DNA from: Octopus sinensis
Lineage: Eukaryota
Direction of reading: 5' to 3'
Assembly: GCF_006345805.1 (NCBI RefSeq)
Contig: NW_021835993.1
Location: forward strand, 62,001-126,000
DNA: 64,000 nt
Both the position numbers and the translations under genes were made by a program. Below are positions 26,602-38,690 of this stretch, piece by piece (positions within the stretch are counted from its first letter, which is position 1; each line of letters opens with the position of its first letter). The notes under the pieces are model-generated. The model had not been told where the DNA came from, did not search any database, and saw only the letters and a list, made by a program, of their open reading frames with translations.

Positions 26602-26790
26602 CCATTATTTTGTTCAACTCATAAAATCTTGTGGTTTTAATGTGAGTTTTTATGAGGAGAATAGTAATGCCTAGTCATCTGCAACATTTCCAAACAATCT
26701 TAAATTAATGTTAACTTTGATTAGTTTAGTGTGACTAAGTTTAAAAAGAATTAGTAAATTAGTTTGGGCAATGATAATTAATTTGAGTTA

Positions 26791-28705
26791 ATGTTTTGTG
26801 ACAGAATCGGCAGTGATGGGCCCGTCACGTTCACAATCCAACAACACTCCAAAGACTTGGTGTGTCTGCTAACCTACGTCCGACGCAACTCCCAACTCTT
26901 TGACGTTCGACTCAAAGTGGAGGAAGTGGTCATCAACGCCCACAGAATAGTCCTCTGTGCCTGCTCCAATTACTTCAGGAAAATGTTTCTGTGTGGAATG
27001 GTCGAGTCCACGTCTGACGAGATACATATTCAGAACGTGGATTCAAGGATAATGCAACTCATCGTGGACTACGCTTACACTGGGGAAATTCTCATTTCTT
27101 CACAAAACGTGGAAAGACTGTTGGCAGCCTCAGTCTTGCTGCAAGTCCAGGCAGTGACGGCCAGTTGCTGCACTTTTCTGGGGAATAAGATGACCCCCTT
27201 GAATTGCATGGCAATCGCCCGGTTTGCCACGACACACGCGTCCCCCGAATGTCAGGCTCTTTGGGAGAAGGCGGTCGAATATTCCTTCACCAGGTTCTCA
27301 GAGGTCTCCAAGTCGGATGACTTTCTACAACTCCCTGAAGAAGAACTCGTCCAAATCCTGACGAATGAACGACTGTTTACTCGTGTAAGAATGAGTGCTT
27401 ATTCAAGTGCGAGTCGGAAGTGTTTTTTGCAGTTGTGGGGTGGATTGAAAGGGATTATCACACCCGTTTTGACAGATTCGACAGACTTATGTCCTTGGTT
27501 AACTTTGGCGGACTTCCTCTTACATTTCTCCGCAAACAACTCACCAATCCGCTCAAAACCACTCAGGTGTGTGTCATACACTCACTGCAGTCGCCCAAAT
27601 GCAAGAACTACATTCAATCACTCATTTGGCGAATGGAGAACCCCGCCATCCCTCTTGATTGCTGTCACAGGGATGGACCCTTGAAGGTTATTTACGTGGT
27701 CGGGGGGTACAACGTCAAATCTATATCCCTCTTTGAGTGCTTTTGTCTGTCCTCAAAACGCTGGTTCAGACTTCCGGACATTCCATCTATTCGAAGTGGG
27801 CTGTGTTGTGCCATGACCCACCAATATTTGTATGTCATTGGCGGAAAAAAACGGGAATTTCTTCCGCGGAACTGCCTTCAAGACTGTCTCTCGCTATGAC
27901 CCGACTACAAATTGCTGGCAGGAGTGCTGCAGTATGCACGAGGGTCGGCACAGAGCAGGAGTGGGGGTAATCGACCATCAGATTACATCACTGGGGGGTT
28001 GAGTGAGGTAGTAACAACTCGCGTCTGTCGAAAAGTTGTTGTTTTGTTAACATTTGAGATATTCTCCCTCTGGGAACGTGTGGACGTGTGTGGCCTCCAT
28101 GCCCAGTCCTCGGATTGGACATGGCTGTGCTGTCCTCTACAGACATCTCTACGCGGTGGGGGGAATCAGAGGGGACAGTCGCCTCAGTTCGGTCATTCGG
28201 TATTCTCCCGACGACGACGTGTGGACTGAGGTGGCTTCACTCAATTTCCCTCGAAGTGGAGCAGGTTGGGCATCACAATTAATTTTGAGCATGTTGTGCT
28301 ACGTCCTCTCATATTTATGTGGTGGGGGGATATGACGGGGAGAATATCATGTCTTCTGTGGAGAGGTACGACCCCCTCACGGACACCTGGAGTCTGATGT
28401 CCCCCATGCCCGTCCCTGTCAGCGGACTGGCCTGTACGGCAGTGTGTCCGGATATAATATTTGCCTTTGGTGTGATCAGTGTCCACATTTTAGGCGGATA
28501 TAATGGTCGGGAATTTGTCAATCATTTGCAAATTTATAATATCGAGAGTGATCAGTGGAGGAACCAGCCTACCGACAACTTTGGAAGGACGGGTCACGGC
28601 GTGATTGTTGGGGGGAGGCCTCAAATTATTCACCAGTTGGTCTTTGTCGACTATTGTAGGATGAGAGGGCAGAATATTTATTACATGTGTGGTAGTATTA
28701 AATGA
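26791..28705 (+). CDS. BTB-BACK-Kelch protein, KEAP1/KLHL-like
   Basis: BTB AHRIVLCACSNYFRKMF; after a 23-nt intron R|CESEVF (KEAP1 VRCESEVF); Kelch repeats IYVVGGY, LYVIGG, LYAVGG, VERYDP. Several 1-nt indels at 27845-28030. Confidence 0.88.
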
Positions 28706-30993
28706 TTATTTAATCAAGTTATATTATATATTTCCACTGATATGCGGTATTCCGCAGCCATTATATCATTTCTCTAAAATTCCAAGCCAAGTATTTACTG
28801 GTTAACTCACGACTGAGTATCTGGCTATCCTCCTGCTTTGGTTTTAGTCGAATATTTAAGTAAAAGGAATTTGGACAGGAATTGGTAGAAAAATGCTTTT
28901 TGATTTACCTAACTTACTCCAATAGCGTTTATTTTACTCACCAGTTTGCAGTTAATTCAGTTTATTGCAGTTCACCTCGACCTAAAAAACATAGGAAATT
29001 CGTATAGACAAGACTTGGATTGACATTCCCGAGATATCCTAATCCGAAGTTTACCAAATACATCGTATCTTTTGAGTTAGTAAACCGCGTCATATTCAAG
29101 GGCTTTTCAATCCGGAAGAATTTTTCTCTTTGACTGCCATAGTTCTTAATGTTCAGCTTCTTGTACTTCAACTGCCCAACATATCTGTCAATTTATTAAA
29201 ATCGCAAACTTAGGATGTAACTACTCGATTCAGACATTTGAGAAAACAGTGGTAATCTTTGAATTTATTATTCTACTTTTCATTGTTCAGTAAATATCAT
29301 TCCTTCCGCATGAAAGTCTGCTTGCATTAGGTCTTCCTAGACATTCCTGGAAAAACATTACACAGATCATCGCTGGCTATGCCCACCGAGAGATCATACA
29401 AAAGATTGTCAACTCTCATTGAAAAGAGGAAAAGAAGTGAGTTTGGGGCTGTTATTTATTTGGGGCTCTTTCTATCTTCAAGGCTTGTGGTATCGTGTGA
29501 ATTAAGCGGTCAATTTGATTTGTTGGTATGAGGAGTTTGTCGTCCCTGAAGACAAGGATAATTGATTAAATATTCTTTTCTATATGTGAAGAAAGATCAG
29601 AACATGAGATCGGAGATCTTTATTATTCAATCCTTAAAAGCTTGAATATTTGAATACTTATTTTTGACTAGTTCTAACAACGGGCAAAACTGTCGATGGC
29701 TTAATTCATTCGGAATTATTTTATTCACTATCATGATAACCACTCCCACACATTCACATTAAATGTGCGCAAAGTGGTAGATGATGCAATGAAACCTTGT
29801 CAAATCTCTACCCAAATAACTTTGAAGTGAATTCAACAAGGCTTTCTGTGGTCTTTAATACTTTGCGTCCCAGCAGTAGATATCCACGTGGTGTTTATCC
29901 CTTGCCTGATAGGGCCTCGTATTGTTAGATAGTGGGAGAGGATTTTGATAGAGATCTGTTTGTCTAAATAATCGTGTTGCATGCTCTCCAATTTTTCCGA
30001 AGCACGACTAATTTGACAAATGCTTTTTCTATTACAAGGAAATTTAGGTTGGTTTTGTAATACTTTTAAACGATTCCGTCTCACGTAAACACAATGGAGA
30101 TTCTTTTCATTTTCACACAATTCCCAATTCTCACACGTCATCTTTATGGATTTTCTTCACGTGGACTTGTTTCACTAACTTTGCAAGTTTATGCCAATAT
30201 CGATGAGTGTGCTCATGCTCGTCGGCTTAATAAAATATCCGGTTTGTTGTTTTCTAGTTCTGATTGTATTCACTCTTACTTCGACAAACTCATTCGCCAC
30301 AACAGATTTGGAGCTTTCTGGTCTTTCTTACTTTAAAATATAAGTATTCTCACTCATTGCTCTGGCAGTTAATTGTGTGTCCCCGTTTATTTCAGCTACC
30401 TCGACCTTCAAAATATGGGCAATTCAAAAGATCAAGGCTATTTTCTGTCTTCAATTCGTATGGACACAGAAAATAGACTGATTGACATTCCTGAGTTTGT
30501 GATTAAATTGATTCACGATTTGTCTATAACTAAAATCAATGAATTATAGATGTAGACATGATATAATCAACTCTAAATTATGCAGAGTCTTTGATCAAAT
30601 GTATAATCTCTTCCGAATGCCATAACATTTATATGAATGTTTTCAAAAAGTCAATGAATACAACACTTAGACAGTTCGGGTTGGTCTATTAGAGGCAAAA
30701 ACTTTATTTTTGTGGTTTAGAATGAGACTGAGGTGCCGATATTGAGGTTAACTGGATTGTCGAGATATCACAATTTGCGTGGATAGCGGAGGTTATAACA
30801 TTATTGGCGCATTACATACAAATCGTAACTGAATTACGTGCGTAATAAACATGGAGGAGATGGTAATAACTGCTTTCCTGCATTATCAACAATATTCTGC
30901 TTAGTTGAGAAAGTTTAAATACGCTAATCTTATTTTGGACTACAAATATAAATTATTTTTTAAAAATTGTTTTTGTAGTGGAATATAGGCGTG

Positions 30994-31604
30994 ATGGAGT
31001 ACACCAAGCTACTATATCAGGCAGCACTGAATGCGGCAGAGGACAAAGTGAGGCCATCTCTCCTCATAAACTATTAGAAAAAGCTCGCCCAACTAGAAAT
31101 CAGGAGGACAAGCTCAACCCCGAACATCGAACGAAACGTGGTGCCAATTGGTAAACTCTGACAGCTCATATTCCAGGAATCTTCAAAGGTCCTTATAGGC
31201 CGAAAGTTGGAAAGTCAAGGACGCACGTGGAAATTCCAAAATCTAAAAAAGGGGATCAAACAGACCCCAAACCAATGGATTACGAATCTCTGCTTAAGCT
31301 GGCCAAGGAGCAACAGGAAGAAACGTTCAGTTCAAAAAAGGTGACCAAAGAGCAGAATAATAAAAAATCCGTTAAAATTCCGTCTAAAAAATCGAGAAAA
31401 AGTGAGAAAGAGAGAAACAAGAAAAAACCCAGGAGAACAAGCGCAAAAAAGAGCACTGGAGACATGAATTCATTCGAGTCGCTGATGGCAGAGGAGAGAA
31501 GAAGGTTTTGGTGGCATTAACGACTCTTTAGTATCCGCATTGGGATGATGGAAGACGCCCGAGAACTTTTGCTAGAGCAAAGGGCCAGAAGACGACGTAA
31601 ATAG
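30994..31604 (+). CDS. SPT2: Miniature SPT2 (SPTY2D1)-like chromatin protein, copy A
   Basis: PMDYESLLKLAKEQQ (cf. PMDFxELLxLAEKKQ) and spliced C-terminus SFESLMAEERRS|IRIGMMEDARE..RRRRK* (SPT2 domain). Introns of 30, 26 and 27 nt. Confidence 0.75.
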
Positions 31605-32004
31605 ATTTATCAATATATTTTTTGTTTATTTGTACAGTCTGAGTAGGTCAAGCCCCAATTGTATCATGGAAATGTTTAAAATACAAATAGCCTCCTCCCA
31701 AACAAGTAAAAATGTGGCCTTGCTCATATTCGCATAACTTCATTTGTGTAAAGCATATAAATCCCTTCCATTCATATAGTCCTTGTAGCTTTTTTATGGC
31801 TATAAAGCTGTCCATTATGAACCTCCAATTTGAAAATTCTTTCGGGTTTCTACCTGCAGACGGTATATTTTACTTCCCCGGACTCTGTGTTGTACATAAA
31901 GACTGCGCTTTTGTCAGGAATTCCTAATCCACCTCCGTTTCCTTCTATTCTCAATTTTTTTAAACTTGACCTTGTACAAAAAAATGTAATCCAAAACTAA
32001 TCTT

Positions 32005-32240
32005 TACGGACTGGAAGCTGACGCGATCGAGAAAGAGTTAGAGCGTACTATCGCCGGGGATATCCGCTCGAAAACCATCTCGATTCGCGGGCGTCGCCTG
32101 TGAGAGCAGATATGCGGAACCCGATCTCCTAAACGAAGCTGATTTCCTTTCCGCCCAAGGAACCGGAAGTCTCAACCGCGAATGGAAGGAATTGGAACTT
32201 CTCCGTAAGTGAGGAGTACTTGAGTACTTCTTCTATTCTT
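32005..32240 (-). mobile_element. CRE-like retrotransposon 3' fragment
   Basis: Minus-strand KYSSLTEKFQFLPFAVETSGSLG..ALTGDARESRW..ERIS.AIVRSN, paralleling the C-terminus of the element at 13587-13997. Also present in copy B (~56600-56820). Confidence 0.7.
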
Positions 32241-32420
32241 AAACAGCCAATTTTTTGTTCTCTTTTTAGCTTATGTTTTTAAATTTTTTACTCTCATTTT
32301 AAAATTATTCGAAAAAGAAACCAGGTCTATAAATTATTTTATTACCAACTTTGGTCAGTTTAACATCTTTATCTTATTTTTAATCTATCACGGGAATAAT
32401 ATTTATCATTAATCTTATGC

Positions 32421-33879
32421 CATATTGGAGAATGTCAAGAAGAGGATAAATATGTTGTCAAAAACAAACCTGAATGCTGTAAATTTGTTTCGTGGAATCA
32501 ATGAATATGCATTATCCCTATATAATTATTATATTGGGCTAATCAATATTGAACCTTACGAATTTGATGAGATTGACCAACAAATACGCCGATTACTTAC
32601 GACTCTCAAGTTACACCTCCAGCCTGCAAATAAGGAGAGGTTGTATTTGGACCGCAAGACCCTTGGAAGAGGACTTGCCTCAATTTCTTTCAAAAGCGAA
32701 TTAATGCTCTTCCAGTTTCTTAAAAGTTTGGAAAAACAGTCGACTACCTGTCTGCGGAGGTCGGGTATTCTGCGAGTAATAAAGGAAAAAAAATGGCACT
32801 TAGCCACAATCGCAGAATTTCTTGTCTCCAAATATGCAGCTGTCGGCAGGGAAAATCTGACCATTGAGTTACTGAAGGACGCACAAAGGAAACTCTTGCT
32901 TAACCGAATTAACAGTAAATCACTACACTCGGTGATGTTCAAATGTATGGAGGAATCAGATGTGGACATATCTACTTCTTCGCAATGGCTATCGAAAGGG
33001 AACAATGGTCCACGAAGCGAAGCATTGTACTGTCTTTTGCAAGATAGGAATTTGTTCTTTGCATACACGGGATCACTATGCGTCCACTGCAAAAAAAGCA
33101 GGCAGACTGTTGACCATCTAGCCACGCGGTGTGGTAGGATGCTAAACAGTGATTATCTCCGAAGACACAACGAAGTGGTAAAGTGTATTCATCTCCACTT
33201 GTGTCGAATGTATGGAATAAAACGAAGCAGGAAATTGAAAGGACATTCAGTCGTGTCAACAATGTCGACCCAAAATGTCGAAATCAGAGTTGACACTTCA
33301 ATTATGACTGAAACAAAGGTTCAATTCAATAAACCTGATATCTTCGTTTATGACAAGAGGAAAAGAGAAATTCATTTAATCGAAGTGGGAGTTACCTCGC
33401 AAGACCGTTTAAAGCAAGTTGAAGTGGAGAAATTTCACAAATATGACCTGCTTGCAAACGAACTGTCGGTTCTCTATGAAGCAAAAGTGAAGATTATTCC
33501 AATTGTCTTGACATGGGATGGAGTTGTCTCAAAGTTCTTTAAAAGTCATATGGACAAATTATCCATTGAAGAAGGAACGAGGACATACATCCAGTCGGTT
33601 GTGCTGAAGAGGACTCTAGAGAGTATGCTTATTGAACACAGACATGGGATGAAGGTAGACAACGAGGAGTACGCCTCTGCCGCCAATCAACTTGCGGAGC
33701 TGGCATGTCGTGAGGACACTCAGTTGAACAATTACTTTGACGCAGAAATGGAAAATGATGAGAATTTTGTTGCAAACTCTTCTTCCAAGCGAAGAAGAGA
33801 AATCACTGACGATCTGGATTCTTAAATAATTTAAGATAGAATTTACATAATTAATTTTTATTAATAAAAGCATATCTGC
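32421..33879 (+). mobile_element. 5'-truncated RLE non-LTR retrotransposon (R4/NeSL-like), uninterrupted 466-aa ORF
   Basis: ERLYL.RK.LGRGL thumb region, CCHC knuckle CVHCKKSRQTVDHLATRC, YLRRHNEVV, endonuclease NKPDI..LIEV..EKFHKY. Absent from copy B, whose empty site reads tcttatgc|taaggtac at ~57008. Confidence 0.93.
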
Positions 33880-34039
33880 TAAGGTACATAAATCGGTCGG
33901 TTGGGTTTTGACCTAAACTCAAATGATGTACAATTTTTGCATTGGTCGTTATGATTTCCTTTATAAAAAATTGCGACTATAAAAGCCGCAATTTTTTTCA
34001 GCTAAGTGTCCTCACTACATGCTAGATCCGCAAGTTGAT

Positions 34040-34425
34040 TGGCCACAGAAGTGTACTTTTCGTTGTCTTATTCTTTTTCTATGTTTGATGAGCATACTTT
34101 AGCACAACCGACATCTCATTCCTTTTCAATAAATCACTTATCCACATGACTTTTAAAGAACTTTGAGACAACTCCATTGGAATAATTTTTTACTTTTACT
34201 TCATAGAGAACCCACAATTCGTTTGGAGGCAGGTCTTATTTGTGAAATTTTTTCACTTCAACTTGTTTTAACCGGTCTTGTGAGGTAATATATCCACTTC
34301 GAATAAATGTCAGGTTTATTAAATTGGACTTTTTTTCCGGTCTTAATTGACTTGTCAACTCTGATTTCGACATTATTAACATTACCAAATGTCTTTAATT
34401 TCCTGCTTCGTTTAATTTTATACAA
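34040..34425 (-). mobile_element. Older decayed copy of the same RLE retrotransposon family, inverted
   Basis: Reverse complement gives atggagttgtctcaaagttctttaaaagtcat, matching ~33519-33550, and YKIKRSRKLK..NVEIRVDKSI, matching YGIKRSRKLK..NVEIRVDTSI. Also at ~57160-57575. Confidence 0.85.
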
Positions 34426-34559
34426 AAGATATTAGTAATAATGAAATTTATCAAATTAATTTTTGTGTTTTTTCTTGTCCCATAATTAATCTTAATTTAA
34501 TTTAAAATTAGTAACACAAAATGATTATAAAACCTCATTCAATAAAATGCGTATGAACT

Positions 34560-35091
34560 ATGAACAACAAAACTAAACTGTCAGAAAAAGACATGCTAAG
34601 TTTGAAAAAGAAATAGTCGTTAGATTATAAAGAGGCGTTCTCCCTCTTTGAGAAGGACTGCGAAGGCACAATCACCCAAAATGAACTTAAACACACAATC
34701 CGCGCACTCGGGCACATATTTTCGGAGGACGAATTCGCGGAATTTATCATTAAACAAAACTTTCAAAGTTGAATTGTTTTTAGATATTGAGATAAAAACA
34801 ACTTCAATTTCACCGAATTTGTGGAGATTATGTCCACTAAATTTGTCCCCAAAAGTCTGGAGAAATCCTACCGCGAAACATTTAAGTTTTTGGACAGATC
34901 GAACGACGGGATCATTTCCGCGGACGAACTCGCAAAAGCAATGCTTAAATTGGACATAAATCTAACTCCGGAAAATGTGATGAGAATGATTAGAGAAATT
35001 GACACCGACAACAGTGGCCTGATAGATCTCGAAGGTTGGCGTTTAGCTGTCTTTCTTAGAATTCCTCTCTCTAATGATGGCCAAACAATAA
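34560..35091 (+). CDS. Calmodulin-like four-EF-hand protein, copy A
   Basis: YKEAFSLFEKDCEGTITQNEL..RALG; NFTEFVEIM; FKFLDRSNDGIISADEL; MIREIDTDNSGLIDLE|EFLSLM. Three introns of 24-25 nt. Confidence 0.85.
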
Positions 35092-35289
35092 TATTTTTAT
35101 TGGTTTTTAATTGGATTAAATTTCAACAAAACTCACAATGAATAAATTGATTAATGTTTAAGACTTTCTATACAGTTGATGTCATCGTTTTCAGGTCGTT
35201 TAGTTATCGAACAAACATTTAATATTACACTAAAATTAAGATATGTGAAAATTTGCACGGTTTCTAGCCAGTTGATAGGCGTTAAAATA

Positions 35290-35960
35290 ATATGAATGAC
35301 TGGTAATGCACTTCGAAAATTCGTGTTGTTAAAACCATCGGCGATGAATTTAGTGAAAGAACTGGGAATTTATGATCAGTAGAGGTGTTGTTCGCGCCTG
35401 CATCGAAGAGGCTCAGAGCATTGGAAGAATGTTTGAATGGCGTCATTAGCGGGAACAGAGAGATCCATCCGTAGTATGTGGCCGAAGAGTGTCCATCGGG
35501 TTTTATAATAGATGTCTCCAAGTTCTTTGGAAACAGAGTATAAGTTTTGGTTTTTGATCTTCATCGGATAGTGTATTTCCAGTAATGCCTTGAGATGCTT
35601 CCTGTGAAAAGCACTGAGATTTTCAACACATTTCTGATCCAGTCCTCATGTTTCTGAGTTGTATAGTATGATGGGCAGGATGAAAGTCTTGTAACAATGC
35701 ACTTTTATGGGATTTGAGAGAAGCACGTAACTCAAACATGTTGATTTTTGCTTCTTCGGTGCCAATGTCGTCAACATCTTTTTTCATTAGACATTTTCTT
35801 AGTCACCAAGCAGTGACCCGACTTTTCTTGATCTCCTCCACATCTTGCCAGTAACTTTACTTTTTCGTGTGATAAACTCAGTCTTTTGTCCCTTCATTTT
35901 TAGTCATTCAGGTTTTCTGAAACAAAATCTATGTCGTCCGCATATAGTAATTCTATAATA
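35290..35960 (-). mobile_element. Decayed RTE-like LINE 3' remnant
   Basis: LLYADDIDFVS, KVGSLLGD, RWTLFGHILRM. Duplicated at ~58420-59080. Confidence 0.7.
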
Positions 35961-36029
35961 GAGGTCGGCTCAAATTAAATCTATATTTTTACAATTAATT
36001 TCTCACGTGTTCGTTATTATGATTTATAA

Positions 36030-37113
36030 TAATAAAAAATGAAGCAAAAGACTTATTTCTTTAATCCAATTGGACTGAAGAGTTTGCATTTGTCATAAAT
36101 TCTAAAAACTTGGATGTTTAACGTCAACGTTTAAAAATCCAATATTTATCAGACTTCTACTACTGCCAGTTTTATTTTCAGTCAAGTTAAAGCTACACCC
36201 GTAGAAGCTGTTATTAATAATTTTGATACTAATCACATTTTATTGAATAAGATTGTTTAAATATCAACAAATGGTGCAAAGAACATGGTTGGATCTAAGA
36301 AAGGTTTTGTGACAATTTTGAGATATAAAATTGAACATGAGATATAAATTTTCATTGTGTCATGAAGTTTTTTGTTCTCAAACATTTCCTGAAGATTGAC
36401 ATAGAGATTAAAACGATTGAGTTACCCTATATTAAAGAAACTCTTTTATCGATAAATAAATCATTTCAGAACAGGTCAGAATTAAATAAAAAATTAAAGC
36501 AGAATCCAGATTTTAGAAAAGAAAAATCTACCTTCATGTTTGTTACTTCTGATTGCAAAAACAGAAGATCTAAATTTTGCACCATTTGAAATAAAATTTT
36601 TTGAATTCAAGATGCAATTACTGGAATTAAAGAATAAGAATTATGGCCTAAAAGTTTATTCACCTAACCACCGAATAAAAAGAATTAGAAAAAAAATATT
36701 CCCAACAATTGAAGTAAGAATTAACTTAATATTCGTGCGGAAACACGAAATAGAAAGACAAGATTTATTAATATTTGATGTATGGAATAGCCTCCCTGAG
36801 ACATTTTATCTATTAAAAAAATTCGCATTTGGAATTATAACAATATTTAGATCAACCAATATTTGCAAAAATTCATTCTCAGAAATGAATTCAATAAAAT
36901 CAAAATTGAGGAGTCACCTAACCGACAAAAAGTCTTAATTTTTGTGTAAAATTAAAAATGACTAAACACTGTCAACTGAGATAAAGGGACAATCGTTGCA
37001 TTAATTATTTAATACTTTCTATGTTTAAATTTTCTTTCATGTTTTCTTTACAAAATATGAATTCCTGTTTAAATAAAAAGTGACTCTTTTCCACAAAAAA
37101 GTTGCCGATTCCT
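36030..37113 (+). mobile_element. Decayed hAT (Charlie/SPIN-like) transposase remnant with right end
   Basis: FNPNWTEEFAFV, KMQLLELKN, WNSLPETFYLLKKFAFGIITIFRSTNICKNSFSEMN.IKSKLRSHLTD; end aaaagttgccgattcctg. Duplicated at ~59150-60243. Confidence 0.8.
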
Positions 37114-37266
37114 GGCTATACTCATTGCTGGTGCATATGCGTTAATGATTGTCAGAAGCTTTTTCTACGGCATTATCTGTAAGACTGATATCCTGTCATT
37201 GATTCTCCAGTATTTGTGAATTGAGCTGGGATGGCGCTTATTGATTGAAAATTCATGTCTATGGTG

Positions 37267-37487
37267 CAGGGGTCGGCAAAATACGGCCCGCGGAGCAATC
37301 CAATCCGCCCCGCGTATAGATTTTTATATATTACCGATAAAATAAATTTTTTTAGATAAAATATTTAATTTGTACTTTATTCAATTAATTAATATTAGCC
37401 TTAAATAAGTAAAAAAAATTATCCGGCCCGCAGACCAATAATTTTTTATAATCCAGCCCCTGAAGTCGGAAATTCTGCCGACCCTTG
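37267..37487. mobile_element. hAT-type MITE (~220 bp)
   Basis: TIRs caggggtcggcaaaat and attctgccgaccc(t/c)tg with internal ggcccgc motifs. No clear TSD. Copy B at 60396-60616. Confidence 0.75.
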
Positions 37488-37938
37488 GAAATTCGTTCCG
37501 GTTTTGGTAAGATAATTCTATATTATTTAACAATCACATCGAAATCCTTGTTGAGCTTAGTTTCTTGAAGGTAAGCTACTAAAAATCCATAATAGATTAG
37601 TTCCTCAGTCAATTGTGTTCTTCGTAGTGAATTCCTCTGACATGAACGTCATTATACGAACTCTCCAGAATATGTATTATACAGTAGTGCAATAGAGAAA
37701 TGTCTCCACCTTAATCTAAAAGTCTAAGGTTTATCCATGAGGACCAACTATTTAAACTCTAGCCAACAAAATGTGCGCAGTATAGGGATTATTTATATTG
37801 TGCATGTTGCTAATAATAAAAGTGGGAATGAGAGAGGTTCCTGGCCGAATCATTCGACTAGTTATGACGATTAACATTTGACTACGACAAAGTACGAATA
37901 AACAAATTGCAAGTCAATTAAATGATAGAGAACTGAAT

Positions 37939-38461
37939 TTAATTTCCCAGAGGTATTTTGAGTAAAAGACGACTTTCTTTGATGTCACTAAGTTTGGTAC
38001 AAAACTGTCCTACTCGAATAGGGATTGGTGTTCCTCCCATTTAGTCCTCTCCAAATAGCCGTCTTGTGCAGCAAACAACATTGTCCGGAGTTTGTGCATG
38101 CAGTCCGCCTGGTTGAGCGTTCTCCGTTCAGTGAGATCAGAGCGGACGACAAGTCTGTTCTCTCTGTCAATACGGGTAGGGAACTGCAGCAATGATTCTG
38201 TCGAAATACCATTTGGACTATTCTTTCGCTCAGTCTCTGATTCCCCCAGTTATTCAAGTCCATTCTTATCTCGACGGCTACCAATGTCAGAAGTGACTTA
38301 CCGTGGGGGGACTTGGGGCAGTCGACCATTGTCTGTCCGTAGCGGAATTCTAGCTTATCTAATATGAGTGAGTAATGGTAACCGATGGGGATTTCTCCAT
38401 TGAAAGAAGGGCACTGCACACAAAACAGTCTTTTAAAACGTGAACCAAACCCACTAAACAT
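37939..38461 (-). CDS. ICT1/mL62 (MRPL58)-like protein lacking the GGQ motif, copy A
   Basis: Spliced: FNGEIPI|DKLEFRYGQTMVDCPKSPH|AVEIRMDL..RIVQM|FPTRIDRENRLVVRSDLTERRTLNQADCMHKLRTML (cf. ICT1 IPLDRLTISY..KAEVRFHL..KINRLGELILTSE.SRYQFRNLADCLQKIRDMI). Confidence 0.7.
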
Positions 38462-38504
38462 GATTATTATAATTCGTTCTATTAATATTTCAAAACAATT
38501 AATA

Positions 38505-38690
38505 ATGCAAAAAATAGGTGGTGTGAACGAAAAATCAGACAGGAAGTATAATTTAATGACCGAGGACCCGTGGCAGAACATTCCCCCGTCCACCTACGAA
38601 GAAGCTCAGGAATATTTCCATCAAATTATGGACGAATATTCACATTCCCGAGCCAAAAGAAACCACAAATGGAAAAAACGATTCAATTAA
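38505..38690 (+). CDS. Small protein, possibly MPLKIP-like, copy A
   Basis: Short ORF retained in both duplicates. MTEDPWQNIPP resembles the MPLKIP SMLEDPW motif, which is only a short match. Confidence 0.35.
   Translation: MQKIGGVNEKSDRKYNLMTEDPWQNIPPSTYEEAQEYFHQIMDEYSHSRAKRNHKWKKRFN

Noticed and set aside
28740-30900. Possible LTR/Gypsy or other TE relic at the start of the duplicated unit
   Set aside because: Only vague peptide resemblances, with no LTRs or diagnostic catalytic motif, so it was left unannotated.
32050-32170. GC-rich segment that looked like an HDV-type ribozyme or structured ncRNA
   Set aside because: The minus strand translates to the CRE-like endonuclease C-terminus, which explains the composition.
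32556-33873. Antisense ORFs over the retroelement, and many overlapping ORFs on opposite strands of genes
   Set aside because: These are shadow frames of real coding sequence with no recognisable motifs.
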